Shown here: in pieces, positions 27,781 through 41,385 of the stretch
Layout: every line of letters starts with the position of its first letter
Position numbering within the stretch: the first letter of the stretch is position 1
Assembly (NCBI RefSeq): GCF_037042905.1
Contig: NC_087245.1
Coordinates: 23,190,001 to 23,254,000 of the forward strand
Source: Lytechinus pictus
Taxonomy: Eukaryota
Length of the DNA: 64,000 nucleotides
Reading direction: 5' to 3'
Notes under the pieces: generated by a model
What the model was told of the DNA's origin: nothing
The model's input: only the letters and a program-made list of their open reading frames with translations
Database searches by the model: none
Made by a program: the position numbers and the translations under genes

Positions 27781-28284
27781 ATGCTTGGTAAGCTCTATAG
27801 GGGTTAACGTCCATGACTTAATCCCAATTGGTGATTTTGTAGATGAAGAAATTGATGGCCTCCTGATGTAACAGTTCGTCTTATTTCCAATTTTCCTTTC
27901 ATTCACTGTAAATATATGTTAAATACATTATTTACCATGGTAATCATAAAGCACTTATTCGGTTTTCTACAAATACTATCCGGTATTTCATATATGATGA
28001 AACAAAAATACTAGCTTAGCAATTTTAGTGTTTATTTACTATATTTTGATAGTATCTTTATTTGATGGTATACATGAATAAATACATAGTAAGAGCATAT
28101 CATAGCATGTGCCATATACAATGAAATGAATCAAACAATCTTGCAAAGGAATGTATCATCATTTTGTGAATCTCACAGTATCCCTGAGATATGCCTGGAA
28201 AAATCGTATTATTCCAGTGAGAAAAGTAATAACAAAACAAAAGTACTGTTCATTAATAGGGCGCGAGATGCACCGTGTGTGTGT

Positions 28285-28460
28285 GTATTTGAGGGTTTTT
28301 TTTCAGACGTGTACCAATCAGATTTTATTTACGTCTGGTACCGACCTTTAACGTCACCATCCGAAAGACGTGACCGGGGCTCGAACCCCGAACCTCTGCA
28401 TCAATTTGTAACTTCTCCCACAGAGCTTGGATTAGAGACGCACGCCACAACGCCCAGCGA
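28285..28460 (-). mobile_element. tRNA-headed SINE with a Nin-domain-like segment
   Basis: Minus strand B box GGTTCGAGCCC followed by GTCTTTCGGATGGTGACGTTAAAGG, resembling Nin-SINE core (recognised by eye). Confidence 0.5.
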
Positions 28461-28471
28461 GATGCAACCAT

Positions 28472-28719
28472 ACTGGAAAGAACAGTATCACACATTATGT
28501 GAAACAGTGTGTTCACAGTGTGGAACGCAATTCAAAATCACCTCCACACCTCCACATTTGAGCATTTCAACGGTGTGAATCACATAGTCGACCATGACTG
28601 TGAATACGCTGTGAATAGTCACACTGTCGATGTGTCCACAGTGTGAAAATATCTTCACACTGTTGTCCACTCTGTGAACACACTGTGATCACACTGTGTG
28701 ACACTGTGTTCTTTCCAGC
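28472..28719. mobile_element. CACAGTGTG-rich palindromic MITE, copy 1
   Basis: CTGGAAAGAACA...TGTTCTTTCCAG inverted termini; colinear with 29772-30028. Confidence 0.75.
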
Positions 28720-29116
28720 AAGACATAGCTTTAAATTGAAAAAAAGACAATCATCTGTTGTTCGAGGGGACATTTCATTAAAGGTCTTGTTGAATGTTAT
28801 CCTATTGCGAAAATATCTTATTTTTTTCATAGTTGCCGTAGTGCTCAGACAATCAAAGTGGAGGAAAGTTGTCAGATCTGACCATTTGTCACAATAATAA
28901 CAAATTTTGATGAACGCTCTCCAACTTTAAATATTGCTTGAATTAATTTTAACATACATGTGTGTAAATTAACATAGGCAGATAGGGCAAAAGGTTTAAT
29001 ATAAAATGCCCTGCGTTGTATATAATAATTATATTGTACATAATACAATAATTCTCATTGCTGAAAGTTGCTATAGAAAGATAAAGAAAATACAATTTCG
29101 TTGCCCCGTTAACTGT

Positions 29117-32100
29117 CTACAAGTCTTCATGGTGTATCATTGAGCCATTTCTGTCAAATTCAGTCGTTCTCGCCCATGGTTGAAGCTTGCTCGAGGCTAC
29201 CAAAGTGTACACTAAGGCAGCAATAGAATAGAGACTAGCCAGGATCCATAATACCGACTGCCAACCAAAGATGTCAGACTGCATTTGGAAAAAAAACACG
29301 ATTTAGCTATAATTGAAATGGTATTGCCTCAAACATTTTATAGTTTGGTCTTTCAAAAAATCTAAAATACATAGATCTTGTTAAGGGTGGTTGTGGTTAG
29401 GTTCTTGATATTGATGAGGTTGATAATGTTGATGATAATGATGATGATAATGATGATTATTGATGATGATAATGATGATTATTGATGATGATAATGATGA
29501 TGGTGCTGCTGATGATGATTATGATGACCGTGACGTTGATGATTATGATGATGACGATGTTGTTAATGATGAGAATGATAATGATGATGACTTTGGTAGG
29601 AAAACGATCGTTTTATGACGGTTAAGAGTAGTTGTGTCAAATAGAAGTTCGATCAGTACAATTTGGCTGAATCGTTCAAACCCTCGTGGAGATTAAAACC
29701 CCACACTAATCAATAGGTCAAATGCACTCTTAAAAAGGATCTGTCAAAATTATGTTTGTCAATAATGATATCCCTACTGGGAAGAACAGTGTGTTCACAG
29801 TGTGGAACACAATATGAAATCACCTTCACACTGTTAAATTTGAGCGTTTCAACAGTGTGAGTCACATAGTCGACCATGTGAACACGCTGTGAACAGTCAC
29901 ACTGCCGAGGTGACCGCAGTGTGAAAATACTTCACACTGTTAAATTCGAGCATTTTAACAGAGTGAATAATATTTTCACAGTCCACGTTGTAAACACACT
30001 GTGTGGCACTGTATTATTTCCGGCAGGGATGTTTCCGCCTCCAAAAAAATATGTTACATTATGTTGAAACGTAATTTGATAATAATGAAATCCTATTTGG
30101 TCATCATGGACCCAATGTTTTAAAATGTATTTCTATTTAGTACACTTTCTTCTGCAGTTTGGAAATTTTGATTAAAAATGTTCACCTGAACTTCTGTTAA
30201 TTCGCCAACGACCAATGGGCCGATGACGCCTCCGAGGCCACCGGCGCCGTTCGCAAGCGCCGTCACAGAACCAGCGTAACTACCGGCTACATCAATCATT
30301 GACACGTAGTAACCCGAATAGGCTGCTCCATTTATACCAACGCTCAGCGTCATTAATGTCACTGATGCAATGGTATTACATCGGGCAAATCCAGCACAGG
30401 CAAGGAAGACTGCGCAACCACCAAATGCTGAAAGAAAACATGAAAGAGAATGAAAGAACGGCACAGTTCTTCAAATCACACAAAACTTTTCTAGGTCAAA
30501 TGACTCATTAACTTGTCCCCTAGGTGACCCCTGGTAAAATAGGTGAGAGTCAAATGACACACTAAATTAAGTCAAATTACACACACAAGTGAGTCGAATA
30601 AGGTATTGAACAACCATTATTGTGTCCTATGACAGGGGCGGTGGTATTTTCGTTGAGATGGGCAAATCCAAAAAGGGCACTTATATGTCAAAATGGGCAT
30701 TTTGGTGCAAAAGTATACTCCCATCGTGAGATTATCATCGGCGTAAAGTAGTTGTGTGTTTTAACCTGAGCAAAGCCTTTTTAAAAGTGATTTCTGATTA
30801 ATAAGAAAGTCTGAAATTGTAAAGCTCTCTTTTGGGTCAATTCAAGCTGGCGCTAATACTTGTGAGGTATTGCGAGTGCGAATCGCGAGCTCAAACTTTT
30901 GGACATTTCATGTTATAAGGCATGAAAATAAGACATTAAGAACAGGTTTTGTAATCATGAGAAAGATGTGTATCTAAGGAATTAACGCGAGTGCGAGCTG
31001 AAATTTTTAATATACTGACCAGAAACTGAACCTGTATAAGGACTGCATTTACTGACTCGTGAAACACATCTCACCAATCGACTAATCCGAGGACGAAGCG
31101 CGAGCTGAAAATTTGTGATATTCCAAACTGAAAACTGGATATTTTAAGCATTTTTTGTAGTCATGAACAGGACGAGTATCTTACTAAACTATAATTGATG
31201 CGAGCGCGAAGCACCAGCCAAAATCGTTTGTGATTTTCTAACCTATTTCTGTCTGTTCTCATTTTCAACCCTACTTAAATGAGATTATTAACTGGTCCGG
31301 CTTCACCATGTTCACATGCTTCTTTGTGGTCAATACCTTTCATTTACCTAATAATATTATTTATCTATTTATATAATTTATCATATAGGATTTTTGAAAT
31401 GAGAAATCTATTTTCTTCTAATGAATATTCATATCAAATAAATGTTAATATCATTACATGTGGCGGTAATTAATTTCCTCGTATGACTCAGACCAAGGTA
31501 TTTCCGTGATAATATCACATCTGCTACGAAGGCTGATACAAAATTGCAGATTAGCTGAAGTGCATAGGGGATCGCTGAATAAACTCCAGCCTGAAAGATT
31601 GACAAACATTTAAAAAAATGGAAAGAGAAGAGTGAAATATTTTTTCATATAAGTCACGTAACTTCAAAGTGACGTATATTAAATTCATTATTTACACAGA
31701 TAACATGTCTAATCATAGGTCCATGGTCTAATGAAATATAACTCCGATGGGATTCGCTTTTTATTTCAAATTTTCATCCTTTGATTTATATATTCTTCAA
31801 AAACTGACTTGTGGCAGACAAGTGTACTGAACCACTTAAAAAAACAGTAGACAGGAGAAGGAATAGGATAAAAGTGAAAATAAAAACCAAATAATCCATT
31901 AGAAAGCTATCGGATAAAAAAAAAATCAATAACAATGTTGACTGAGGGTATATGAATTATTTAAATGGTTAGTGCGGCAAATCCTGGAATATGGAAATGT
32001 CATCTCGTCACCAGAGTACATTGTTGATGCTAAGGCCGTCGAGAGAGTTCAGGGGAGCGTTTCATGAAAGGACTTGTCAGACGTTTTATCCGACAACTCC

Positions 32101-35100
32101 CATTTTATCCGACAGTTACCATAGTAACAGTGCTTCTCAGCCAATCGAAATCCAGAAAAGTTGTCAGATCTGACAACTTGTCAGACAAAAATGTTGATGA
32201 AACGCCCCCCAGGAGAGAGCAACGAAAGTAATCTCCAGGATCAAACATCTTCCATACAAGGAAAGGCTTAATAAAAAAGAGTTAAACACCTGAACTTGCC
32301 ATCCTTGGAGTACAGAAGATTCAAGTGTCGTGAAGTCGACAGACTTAACCCAGACCACTTTTGTCAACTAACTCTCCCAGCCGAGGTAGTTTGCGCCCCC
32401 ACATGCAGTAGACTCGTTCAAAATCAGGTTAGACCGACACTGGAAGGACAGACAACATGATTCCCAGTATTCTTGGATACATGCACGTAAAAAGTCAATT
32501 ATCACCTAAAACTTTAATCTTTATTGAAGCACGAATGAAGCTGACAAGAAGATAGACCTGGAAACTCGACTGCTGATACAGTATTTTCCCTGTATTTGAG
32601 GTAAGGTAAGGTAAGGTAAGGTCAGATAAAAAGGACTAAATAAGCCCCCACCCCAAACAAGTAGACATTATAGGCCCCTTCCAATATTATTTGGGGAAAA
32701 CTCCCCCCCCCCCTCCCTCCCTCCAAGAACCCTTGGGGAGCGAAACATGGAACGGGGCTTCGATTTCATTACAAAAGTAAATACACATAATATCCCACCC
32801 CACCTTGAATAATTGGGGGAAACTGGACCCCCGCCCATTAAACCCTTGTTGGGGCAACACACGGCAAAGGATACGCTCATGTCCCCTTCCCCGCCCCTGT
32901 TTCCGACCCGTCTAGCGGTACCTGTTCGACTGATAGTCCCAGCCCTTTGGTGTAATATAGAGGGAGATTTGTGACGATGGTAAAGAGACCCCATCCTTGG
33001 ATGAGCTGACATAGCATCAATACCCAAACCACTGGTGAGGAAAGAATAGACAACCACGGTATGGATTTATTGCTTATCTGCAACAGAGAATACAAAGAAA
33101 AAAGGCAAATTTAAGGATGTGATCATGAAACTAAACTGTTTAAAGCAGTGCCAGATTACATAATACAGGTTTATAATTGGCATCACACTGCATACATGTG
33201 TTTGTTTATTTTTACTTCGTTATTGTTGCCATAAAGATTATATCTGCAAAACAATTTTCAAAGTCATGAAATATGAAAAGTTTCTTAGTTACATAATCAT
33301 GATTTGCCTATATTGGGGTTTATTGAGCAACACGAAGGGGAAGTTCACCCTGAAGAAAAGTTTGCTGTAAAATTAACAGAAAACAATAATTCAGAATATT
33401 GTTAAAGTTTTAATGATAATCCTTTAAAGATTAAGAAGGTTATTAGAATTTTAAGTTTTGTAATTGTGACGTCATAAACGAGCAGCTGCCCCATAATGTT
33501 ATGTAATGTAAAATGTGTGAATTTCATTTTTTTAATGGTTCGTGGTGACTAATTTTGTTTTCCATTTAGGAACGGGCGTGAAATGATTTGTCTATCATGT
33601 CTATTGATACATTGAAGGTACAGTAAAAAACATTTTTCATTTTCTGAGAAAATGTAATTTCATTGATTTTTACCATAAGACATGCGGGAAAGCTGCTCGC
33701 ATAAATTATGATATCACCAATCAAATAATTGAAATTCCAATAACTTTTATTCTTTGATAGATTTTTCTCTTATTTTCGGCAATGTTTTTTTTTAATTATT
33801 TTCTGCTATTTTTACAATAAACTTACAATTTTTTACAGAAAACTGTCCTCTACATAATATATATATATATATATATATATATACAGTATATACGGTAAAT
33901 AATCATCGTTTCCGATCGAGTCTTGGCATTATTCGTTGAACTGAAATGTTCTTTTACGATTCAAAGTCAACACGGTATCACATTAAATCGTTTTTAACTC
34001 ATTTGACGTTTGTGTTAACAAACTGTTTATCTTTGCGAAGTTTCACTTTTATTCAATTCACGGTGATCTAACAGACTATTCAAGAAATACGTACATATTT
34101 CAAAATATATAGTTACCTTTGACTGTATTTTTAGATTATTTTCTAAGTATTCCCGCTCTTGCCGCGATATCCAACGGTGGTTTGATGGCTGGCTAGAAAC
34201 AAATACACACCACAAAACAAACCAGATACAACCAACTGTACCTAGGGGTAAATGAAATGGACAAAACAAAAGTGAAATGTTAAATCACCATGTACAGACA
34301 ATGGAATAACTACTTTACAACATGCTAGATCAAATTATTTGCTAGATTCAATACGATGATAAGTTAATTAAGGGTGAGAATAGCTGATTCTGCCACATGA
34401 AAAGCGTTTATTTCAAGTTTAGAAAATATGGTCACTTCTTTGCCCTTTTAAACGGCGACTTTAGAATTAATTTATATTTTAGAACGAGGGTTTCGCATTT
34501 GTGTTTATTATAATCTTCCCTTTGAAGAAAAATGCAGTAAATTACAAAAAATGGGGGAAAATAGATTCGAACTCAATGAATGAATGTAAAGTAATATACA
34601 AAATGATATATGAATATAGGCTAAATTAAGGAAGGGATTAGCAAAATCAATGATAAATGAATTGAGAAAAAATTTTGTCAATTCTTGATTTTTTTTCTTA
34701 CAGCCGATAACTTACCAAGAACGTAGAATAAGAATGGCCAACCTCCCATGATATCGGATCTGACCAAATAACCTCCCACGATACTGCTTATGATGCTTCC
34801 AAATGTGAGACCTGTCAAATATAAAAAAACAAGGTAGTTAATCACGAATGCTCTCAGATTTAAATCATTTATCATGAAACTAAAGTGATGAAAACAAAAC
34901 AAATAAACGACAAAAATTCAAAGTCATACGTCCTTTTCGGACATTTTTTTTAATTCAAATCAAATCAAATCAAATCCTTTATTCCACAATTATAAAAAAA
35001 AACATTACAAATACATACACAATATGATACGCGATAGCAAATCAATATGAACCGAGTAGTATTCAAAAGTACAAATAAAAGTGCATCATTTTGGGAAAAG

Positions 35101-37682
35101 CCCAAATGAGACGAAAATAGTTTTAACACTTTTTTAGGGGAGGGGGGGGGGGGGGGTGGCTACGTGTCATCCATCCCATTCGAAGTCCCATAAATCACTT
35201 AAAACGTATCGATATTGAATTTCAGTATCTTTGTTTTTTTCTCTCTTGTCATTTAATACATCTTGTTAATATTTCATTTTGTAATTGTTGAAACGCATCA
35301 GTATTCATTTCCAGTATCTTTGAAGTTTGATGTATTTGGGATACGGATTTATTATATGATTTATAATCATGTTTCAAATAATTTGTAAAACTTGTTTATG
35401 GAATGTGATTGTGTATTTTGATTTGAGAGAATACAATGAAAACATCCTTTAAAAAAGTTGAAACACACAAAATCATGTAGTATATTGCAGCTATAAATTC
35501 GATTATAAATTATATACATATTAGTGGTAATACCCGAGGTTGTTGTGACGCCCAGTCGACTTCTTTCGTAAGGGTGGGCCCAATGAGACCACATGGATGC
35601 CACGGCAGGAAGCACCACGCCCTGTATACAAAGGGAAAGGGGAGTGAGGAAAGGGGAATGAGAAGAGAGAAAGAGGGGGAGGAGAAGGAGAGGGGGGAAT
35701 GAAGGAAAGGGTGGGTGTATGTGAGTGAGAGGGACAAGACACACAGATAATTAGTAATTATGCTCAAAGATTGGATAAAACACACATGTCCCCTTTTTCA
35801 TTTTCCCTCGTACATCATGTCTGGTCTCATTACGTCATTGATGTTCACGTGGTCTCTTGACACCTGGGGATTGTTTTTATGAAAGGACTTGTCAGACGTT
35901 TTATTAGACAAGTAATGTTTTATCCGAAAGTTACCATGGTAACAGTGACTCTTAGCCAATCATTCTCAAAGAAAGTTGTCAGACCTGACAACTTGATGAA
36001 AATGTTGATAAAACGCTCCCCAGAATACAATCTAGCATGGTAGAAACGGATCCCTACCTCACCTAGACCAGCTAGGAATCGCGTTATGAAGAAGAATACA
36101 GGACCCATTCTTGCAGCCCATGGTCCAAGGATTGATGATACGCTGGAGAGCAGGATACCCAGGCCGAGGACCCACTTCATCCCGAATCTATCTGACATCC
36201 ATCCACCCGGAATCTGTGTGCACAGGTAACCATAAAAGAATCCAGCAAGCAGCAACTCCTGGGTGTGCGTATTCCAGAAGAATTCACCTGATGTCTCCTA
36301 CAGGAGAGGGTGGGGGGGGGGGGGGTAATGCGCAAGATCATGAAAATTTTTGAGAGTATAGCTGGCATTTTGTTGCATTTTCAGTCACTGATGATGACGA
36401 ATATACTGATGGTTGTTTAGTATTATTTTGAAAACTGCATAAAACGATAACGGTAAACTACAAAAACTATCCAAATCATGACCAAGTTAACACTAACGTT
36501 TTAGAGAGAAAAAACCCCTGCTGAATATTTTAGTAAAGATACTTTCTGGAAATGCTCATGATAGAATTCGTGCATAATACGAGGGGAGGAGTACGCGATC
36601 TTTGAAAGTTTAGTATAAAATAGCAACTGCAAAAAAAAAAAAAAAAAATCCGCTCGGTCGCTTTGCACCCTCACTTGCATGGATTCTTAATCGTGTAACC
36701 ACCTTTTGCCCCCTTTGACTATGTTGACAACATCCGTGTCATGCATACTATAATGACAGACATCACATGGTGTGTCGAGTATTCAATGAATGTCCCATTT
36801 CTGTGAAAGTTAAAGAATTATTTTATGGAAACTAAAATATATTTATGACTTGCTTCATATTGTGATCATACATCATTTACAAGGAATCTCTTACATCTGC
36901 ATATTCGGTGTTATTGTCTCGAACCTTGCATGACGATACCTCCTCATTGCTTTTAACAAGATCATCGGTGTGTTTGTAACCAGTGTAAGTAGTGTTTACC
37001 ATGGCAACCATTGCCACGCTCATATTTTGCCTCATGGCTCCAATGCAGGTCAGTCCGATGAATGAGAGAAGGGCTAATTGGTATCTCACGGGTATAAGCC
37101 CAACTGTTAATATTAAAAAAGGTGATGCAGAAGGAACCATTAGATGGTTTGAGAAAAAGATTAGTAAAGATAATGTGTCAGTTATATATACAGCCAATCA
37201 ACATTTGGAGAAGTTTCGATATAGATTTTTATCGGTAAACATTGAATCATGATAGAATCATCATAGCATATTGTTAACAATTCACGAAAATAGGCTTTAG
37301 GCTACTTCTCGTACTCCTTGTCGTTATTAAAAAACAGAAATTGTCACACTGTGTGTCTATATATTACTTTGTAGCATAGTGTATTACAGCTAGTTTCATA
37401 ATAACTTGTGATTAGTAAATATCGATATTTGTTATCTGCTTTGTCAATATATGCGCATTGAATTTCTCTTTATACTCGTTATATTTATATCTGCTTGTAT
37501 AATTTACTTTATTTGTTGCATACATACTAACCTTTGTTCCTTCTCCTGTTGCCCGTAGATTTTAAGCCTGGAATTTCACGGGTCTTATCATTCTTGAGTT
37601 CGGTGACCTTTTCGATTGCCTCGCTTTCATCATGGCTTTCTTCGTTGCCCAACTTGACGGCGTCATATCTAGCATCACTCAT
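29117..37682 (-). CDS. SLC17 family (sialin-like) MFS anion transporter, 10 coding exons, 533 aa
   Basis: Manually spliced exons, all GT-AG and phase-compatible: 37682-37532, 37103-36895, 36297-36058, 35621-35534, 34811-34716, 34241-34117, 33077-32922, 31590-31458, 30427-30186, 29278-29117 (1602 nt). SLC17 motifs: MRQNMSVAMVAMVN, GEFFWN, GFFYGYLCTQIPGGW, RFLAGLGEG, ERSRL, GWPFLFY, IPWLSILSS, LQPWA. Exact orthology unresolved. Confidence 0.93.
29405..29590. repeat. Degenerate (GAT)n microsatellite
   Basis: Direct inspection. Confidence 0.85.
29772..30028. mobile_element. CACAGTGTG-rich palindromic MITE, copy 2 (last SLC17 intron)
   Basis: CCCTACTGG...CCGGCAGGG termini flanked by AT/AT. Confidence 0.75.
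30633..31250. mobile_element. Truncated hAT-like element in SLC17 intron
   Basis: CAGGGGCGG start; repeated GCGCGAGCTGAAAATT units, the reverse complement of the internal repeats of 41386-42578. Confidence 0.55.
32053..32209. mobile_element. Harbinger-like mini-MITE, copy 1
   Basis: GGGAGCGTTTCATGAA...TTGATGAAACGCCCCC with CAG/CAG 3-bp flanks. Confidence 0.75.
33336..33825. mobile_element. Kolobok/T2-type MITE, subfamily C, right end eroded, in SLC17 intron
   Basis: AGGGGAAGTTCACCCTGAAG start; body colinear with 18657-19140. Confidence 0.8.
35867..36020. mobile_element. Harbinger-like mini-MITE, copy 2
   Basis: Colinear with 32053-32209; CTG/CAG flanks. A third, degenerate copy lies at ~28766-28922. 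Confidence 0.7.
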
Positions 37683-39009
37683 TTTCAGGGAGGTAGGGCG
37701 GACCTATTGCAATGCTGTTGTCACCCCAACTTTTGTGCTGTGTTGGAGGAGATTCTGCGTAAAAAATATTGATAAATAAAAAAAATTCAATTATATTGTC
37801 ATACAAATTTATACTGTGACATAAGATTATATACATAATGAAACTGCAATGAAGTACAAGTTTGCATCAAGAAAATTCAAAATCGTATTAATTAAAGCAA
37901 AACGTGTACATACAGGTGACAGCTATCACAAACAATGTTTTTTGACATGTTTGAAGCGATAGCAGTATTACGAGCAAACATGGACGCCATTGTTTAAGTA
38001 ATTTGTGCTGAGATAGCCCTGGCCGATTTTTTTTCATGTAATACAACCGAGTCATATCTATATGACTTAGATGTAATTTGCTCGTCATATATTTCACAAA
38101 GCTATCTATAATTAAGACATTATTATAAAGTGTATCCACCTATTTTTTCCAGATATTCCATCATCACTACCATCACATCCAACTCAACCACCACTTCATC
38201 TCAACGATCAACTCTTCTACCATTATCACCATCTTCATTACCAACTAAACAACCTCCGATTACCTTCATTATAAAAAATATCGACACCATTTCTATCACC
38301 ACTAGCCTCATTAAATTTATGTTAAATAAATGAGTCTACACCATGTGTGTAGATTATTTTGAACTTGATAAACTCCTTTACCTTCTTTATTACTCTTTAA
38401 AGGAATAACCAGTATGTAATGGATCAATTTAATCCAAGTTCAACACAGTTTCAACAGTGACCTTTGTCGTTTGTCACTTTTCCCTTGGAATAAAATACAG
38501 TTTATTCGATTTTGAATAAAAATTAAACAGTAATAATTGGCACTTTAAATGACAACTGGAACATACAAGATATCAGTTAGGTTATAGCATGTTATAGTGT
38601 GGTTTAAATTTACACCTGGGAGCTAATGGCGTGCAGTCTATCTTGTATGTTACAAACCAAACTCATCACGGTCTTCGTTGTACTCATCAGGGTAGTGTGT
38701 TGTCGAGCTGATAGGCACAAAGAGCTGAAGAGATTATCATTTACAATAGAGTCTACCTTGAGTGTTCAGAAAACTAGTTCCAGCAAATGGCGGCCTGGTG
38801 ACATGCGGAATTGGATTTGCAATTTCCATTAAAACCATTACCGAAAACAAAACCTTGCTTACTCCGAAATCCATAACTTGCATTGTAGTACAATGCAACG
38901 TTGTGTAAAATTCCATATTGACACATTGTTCTATTTAGATATATCCCATTTACCTTTTTAAGAAATATAAACAAAAATAAAACGACAAAAATACGTTTCT
39001 CTCTCTCTA

Positions 39010-39251
39010 CACTCTAAAAGATACTGGGTAAAAAAATGCTCCATGAGGGTAATTATGTGTCCAGCCAACATTGGACATTTTTATTCATCCAGTGTGATGA
39101 AAATGTTGCCCATTCTAAAGTAATTGCTGCTTATTTTTTAACCTTACTGGACAATATGCTTCCCGCATTTGGTAAAATACTGCCCAAAATTGGTTGGACA
39201 CATAATTACCCTCGTGTTGGTTATCATTTTACCAAATATTTTTTTACAGTG
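39010..39251. mobile_element. CACTA/EnSpm-like MITE
   Basis: CACTCTAAAA...TTTTACAGTG termini; TA on both sides; inverted GAGGGTAATTATGTGTCCA / TGGACACATAATTACCCTC. Confidence 0.75.
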
Positions 39252-40438
39252 TATACTTCATACCTAAAACTAAATACTCAATTGTTTTTCGAAAGACATG
39301 TTTATTTGTCCAACGAGGGGGTTGTTCCTCCGTTGCATTTATTCATTCTTTGGGTTTTCAACTTAGACTTCGGACAAAATTGACAATGAATATAACTTTT
39401 CAACAGTGAATACATGTACATAATTATGGTTATATGTATATATACAAGTATATAGAATTAAAGAGTAATACTGTTGTAGTTCAACCTAGTTCAATCTCCA
39501 CGTTAAAGTGCCCATAAAGATTGCAAAGCGGTGTTGGCACAGTCCTTACTGTAGTTGCTTGGTTCTTACGGCCATTGACGAAAAAACATCCTGTTCCGAA
39601 ATTCATAAGGGTTGGGATCTCACTAATTTCATCAACTTTTCATTTGCCACCTCTCATTTCCTATGTATAAATCTCCAAGTTTTCATTAAGTTCTTGACTT
39701 CCCTCTCTCAGACCCCGGTCTCAGACCAAACTCTCGTCATGTCAAACATGTATCGATTATCTCTGCATGAACCTATATTCTCTTACAAATAGGAAACGGC
39801 AAAATAAAATAAGCAGAACTGACATTTAGGTTGAACATGTCCCTTTTATTAACAAGACATTTGAAGAATAATTTAGACAAGTCACAAAATCCAACTAAAC
39901 TCGAATGAAATGAACTCCAAGACACGACCCGAGAAAACACTCTCTAAATGCGAATTATCATCCGTTTTATAGAGAGCTATTTAATCGAGCAAAGCATCCT
40001 TGAGCTAGTTTCTATCCTTCTCCAAAGAACAACATTTTTCCTCGGCTTTAGTTCATTCAGGGCTGAGCGCGACTGAGCGTCTGTCCTTGATGTTGTATAA
40101 CACAAGGGCAGACTGTTGATGAGCGAGACCCTAGACTTATGCAAAACAAATCTGTCCTCAGAGTGAGGCAAGGCGAGGTCGCACGCGACAGAGATCTGTC
40201 ATCGTTGGGCAAGGTCGCACGCGACAGCGACTGAGAGCTGCCCTTATACCGTTACGTAAGAGAAGGATAATCTCTATAAACAAAGTCTGACCTCAGCTGG
40301 GAATGCTGGGAGGACACGCATGCAAGCGGGATGTAAACAATCCGCAAACTATGCCAAGGACTATGTAATTCATTGACAAGTTCAAAAGGCTTTGCCTTTC
40401 CTTTACCCTGAGAATGCTGATAATATACTGTAGAATGC

Positions 40439-40735
40439 GGAGCGTCGTGGCCCAGTGGATTAGTCTCCGGACGTTGAAACAGAGAGTCGTGGGTTCAAAT
40501 CCCAACCATGGCGTAATTTCCTTCAGCAAGGAATTCATCCACAGTGTGCTGCATTCGACCCAGGTTAGGTAAATGGATATCGGCAGGAAGTAATTCCTCA
40601 AAAGCTGTGTGCACCTGTATAGGAAGCCTAGATTAGCCGGGTAATGATAATAGCAGGGCCCGCTGGGAGAACAGTTTTCGGAACTGAAGTGGCTACCCTG
40701 GGTAAATATACCGTTATTATTATTATTATTATTAT
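40439..40735 (+). mobile_element. tRNA-derived SINE (conserved core, LINE-derived tail, (TTA)n end)
   Basis: A box GTGGCCCAGTGG, B box GGTTCAAATCC, core CCTTCAGCAAG...CGACCCAGG..AATGG, (TTA)n tail, possible TSD AATGC. Confidence 0.85.
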
Positions 40736-41385
40736 AATGCACAATCGTGATAATACCAATACTGAGCGAAAATAAATCCCAATAGTCAGACTAATTCCTT
40801 CGTCACTTCCACTACAGTACGCATCGTCATCGTTCAGCCTGAAACCTTCACAATGCATTGTTTTGCTTTCTGCCTACGTGGCGCGGACCTTGCATAGGCC
40901 TACACCCGACCTAGCGACAGAGGATCATTGTACGCATGGACGCATCGCATTCCATTATTATATTCTCTGCCATGAACAGTCGCGAACTTTGACTTTCTGC
41001 CAGCGCCGTTGCATTCATTACCAACTCAACCATCATCAACATGACCAGGATGATGGTTATCATTGGCGCCGATCCTGGGGGACGGAGGACGTGCCCCCCT
41101 CATATTGTCTCGTCCCTCAATGGACCAAAAATCTGAAGAAATCGCCTCCTATGATAGTGATCATCATATATACACGGTCTTAGAAAGGGTATGAAACCCT
41201 TGAAATCAATCGACTGTTATGTACAAGAGAAAAATCAAAGAAACAGATTAAAGTTTAAGAGAGAGAAAAAGATGAATAATAAAACAAGTGAGTTATGAGC
41301 GTTTGAATATCGATATCCCTGATGTAGATCCTGCCATTAGTAATGCGACTAGGATCTGTAACTTCACACCATACACCTTTGTATA

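Noticed and set aside
6200..29000. Enrichment of TCF sites (CTTTGAT/ATCAAAG) downstream of fzd5/8
   Set aside because: About six seen; a rough estimate for a 7-mer in DNA this AT-rich gives a similar number by chance.
29117..29131. C-terminal HEDL of the SLC17 protein as an ER-retrieval signal
   Set aside because: The C-terminus of a 12-TM MFS protein is cytosolic, where KDEL-type signals do not act.
40439..40510. tRNA gene
   Set aside because: A/B boxes continue into a SINE core and tail, and there is no acceptor-stem closure.
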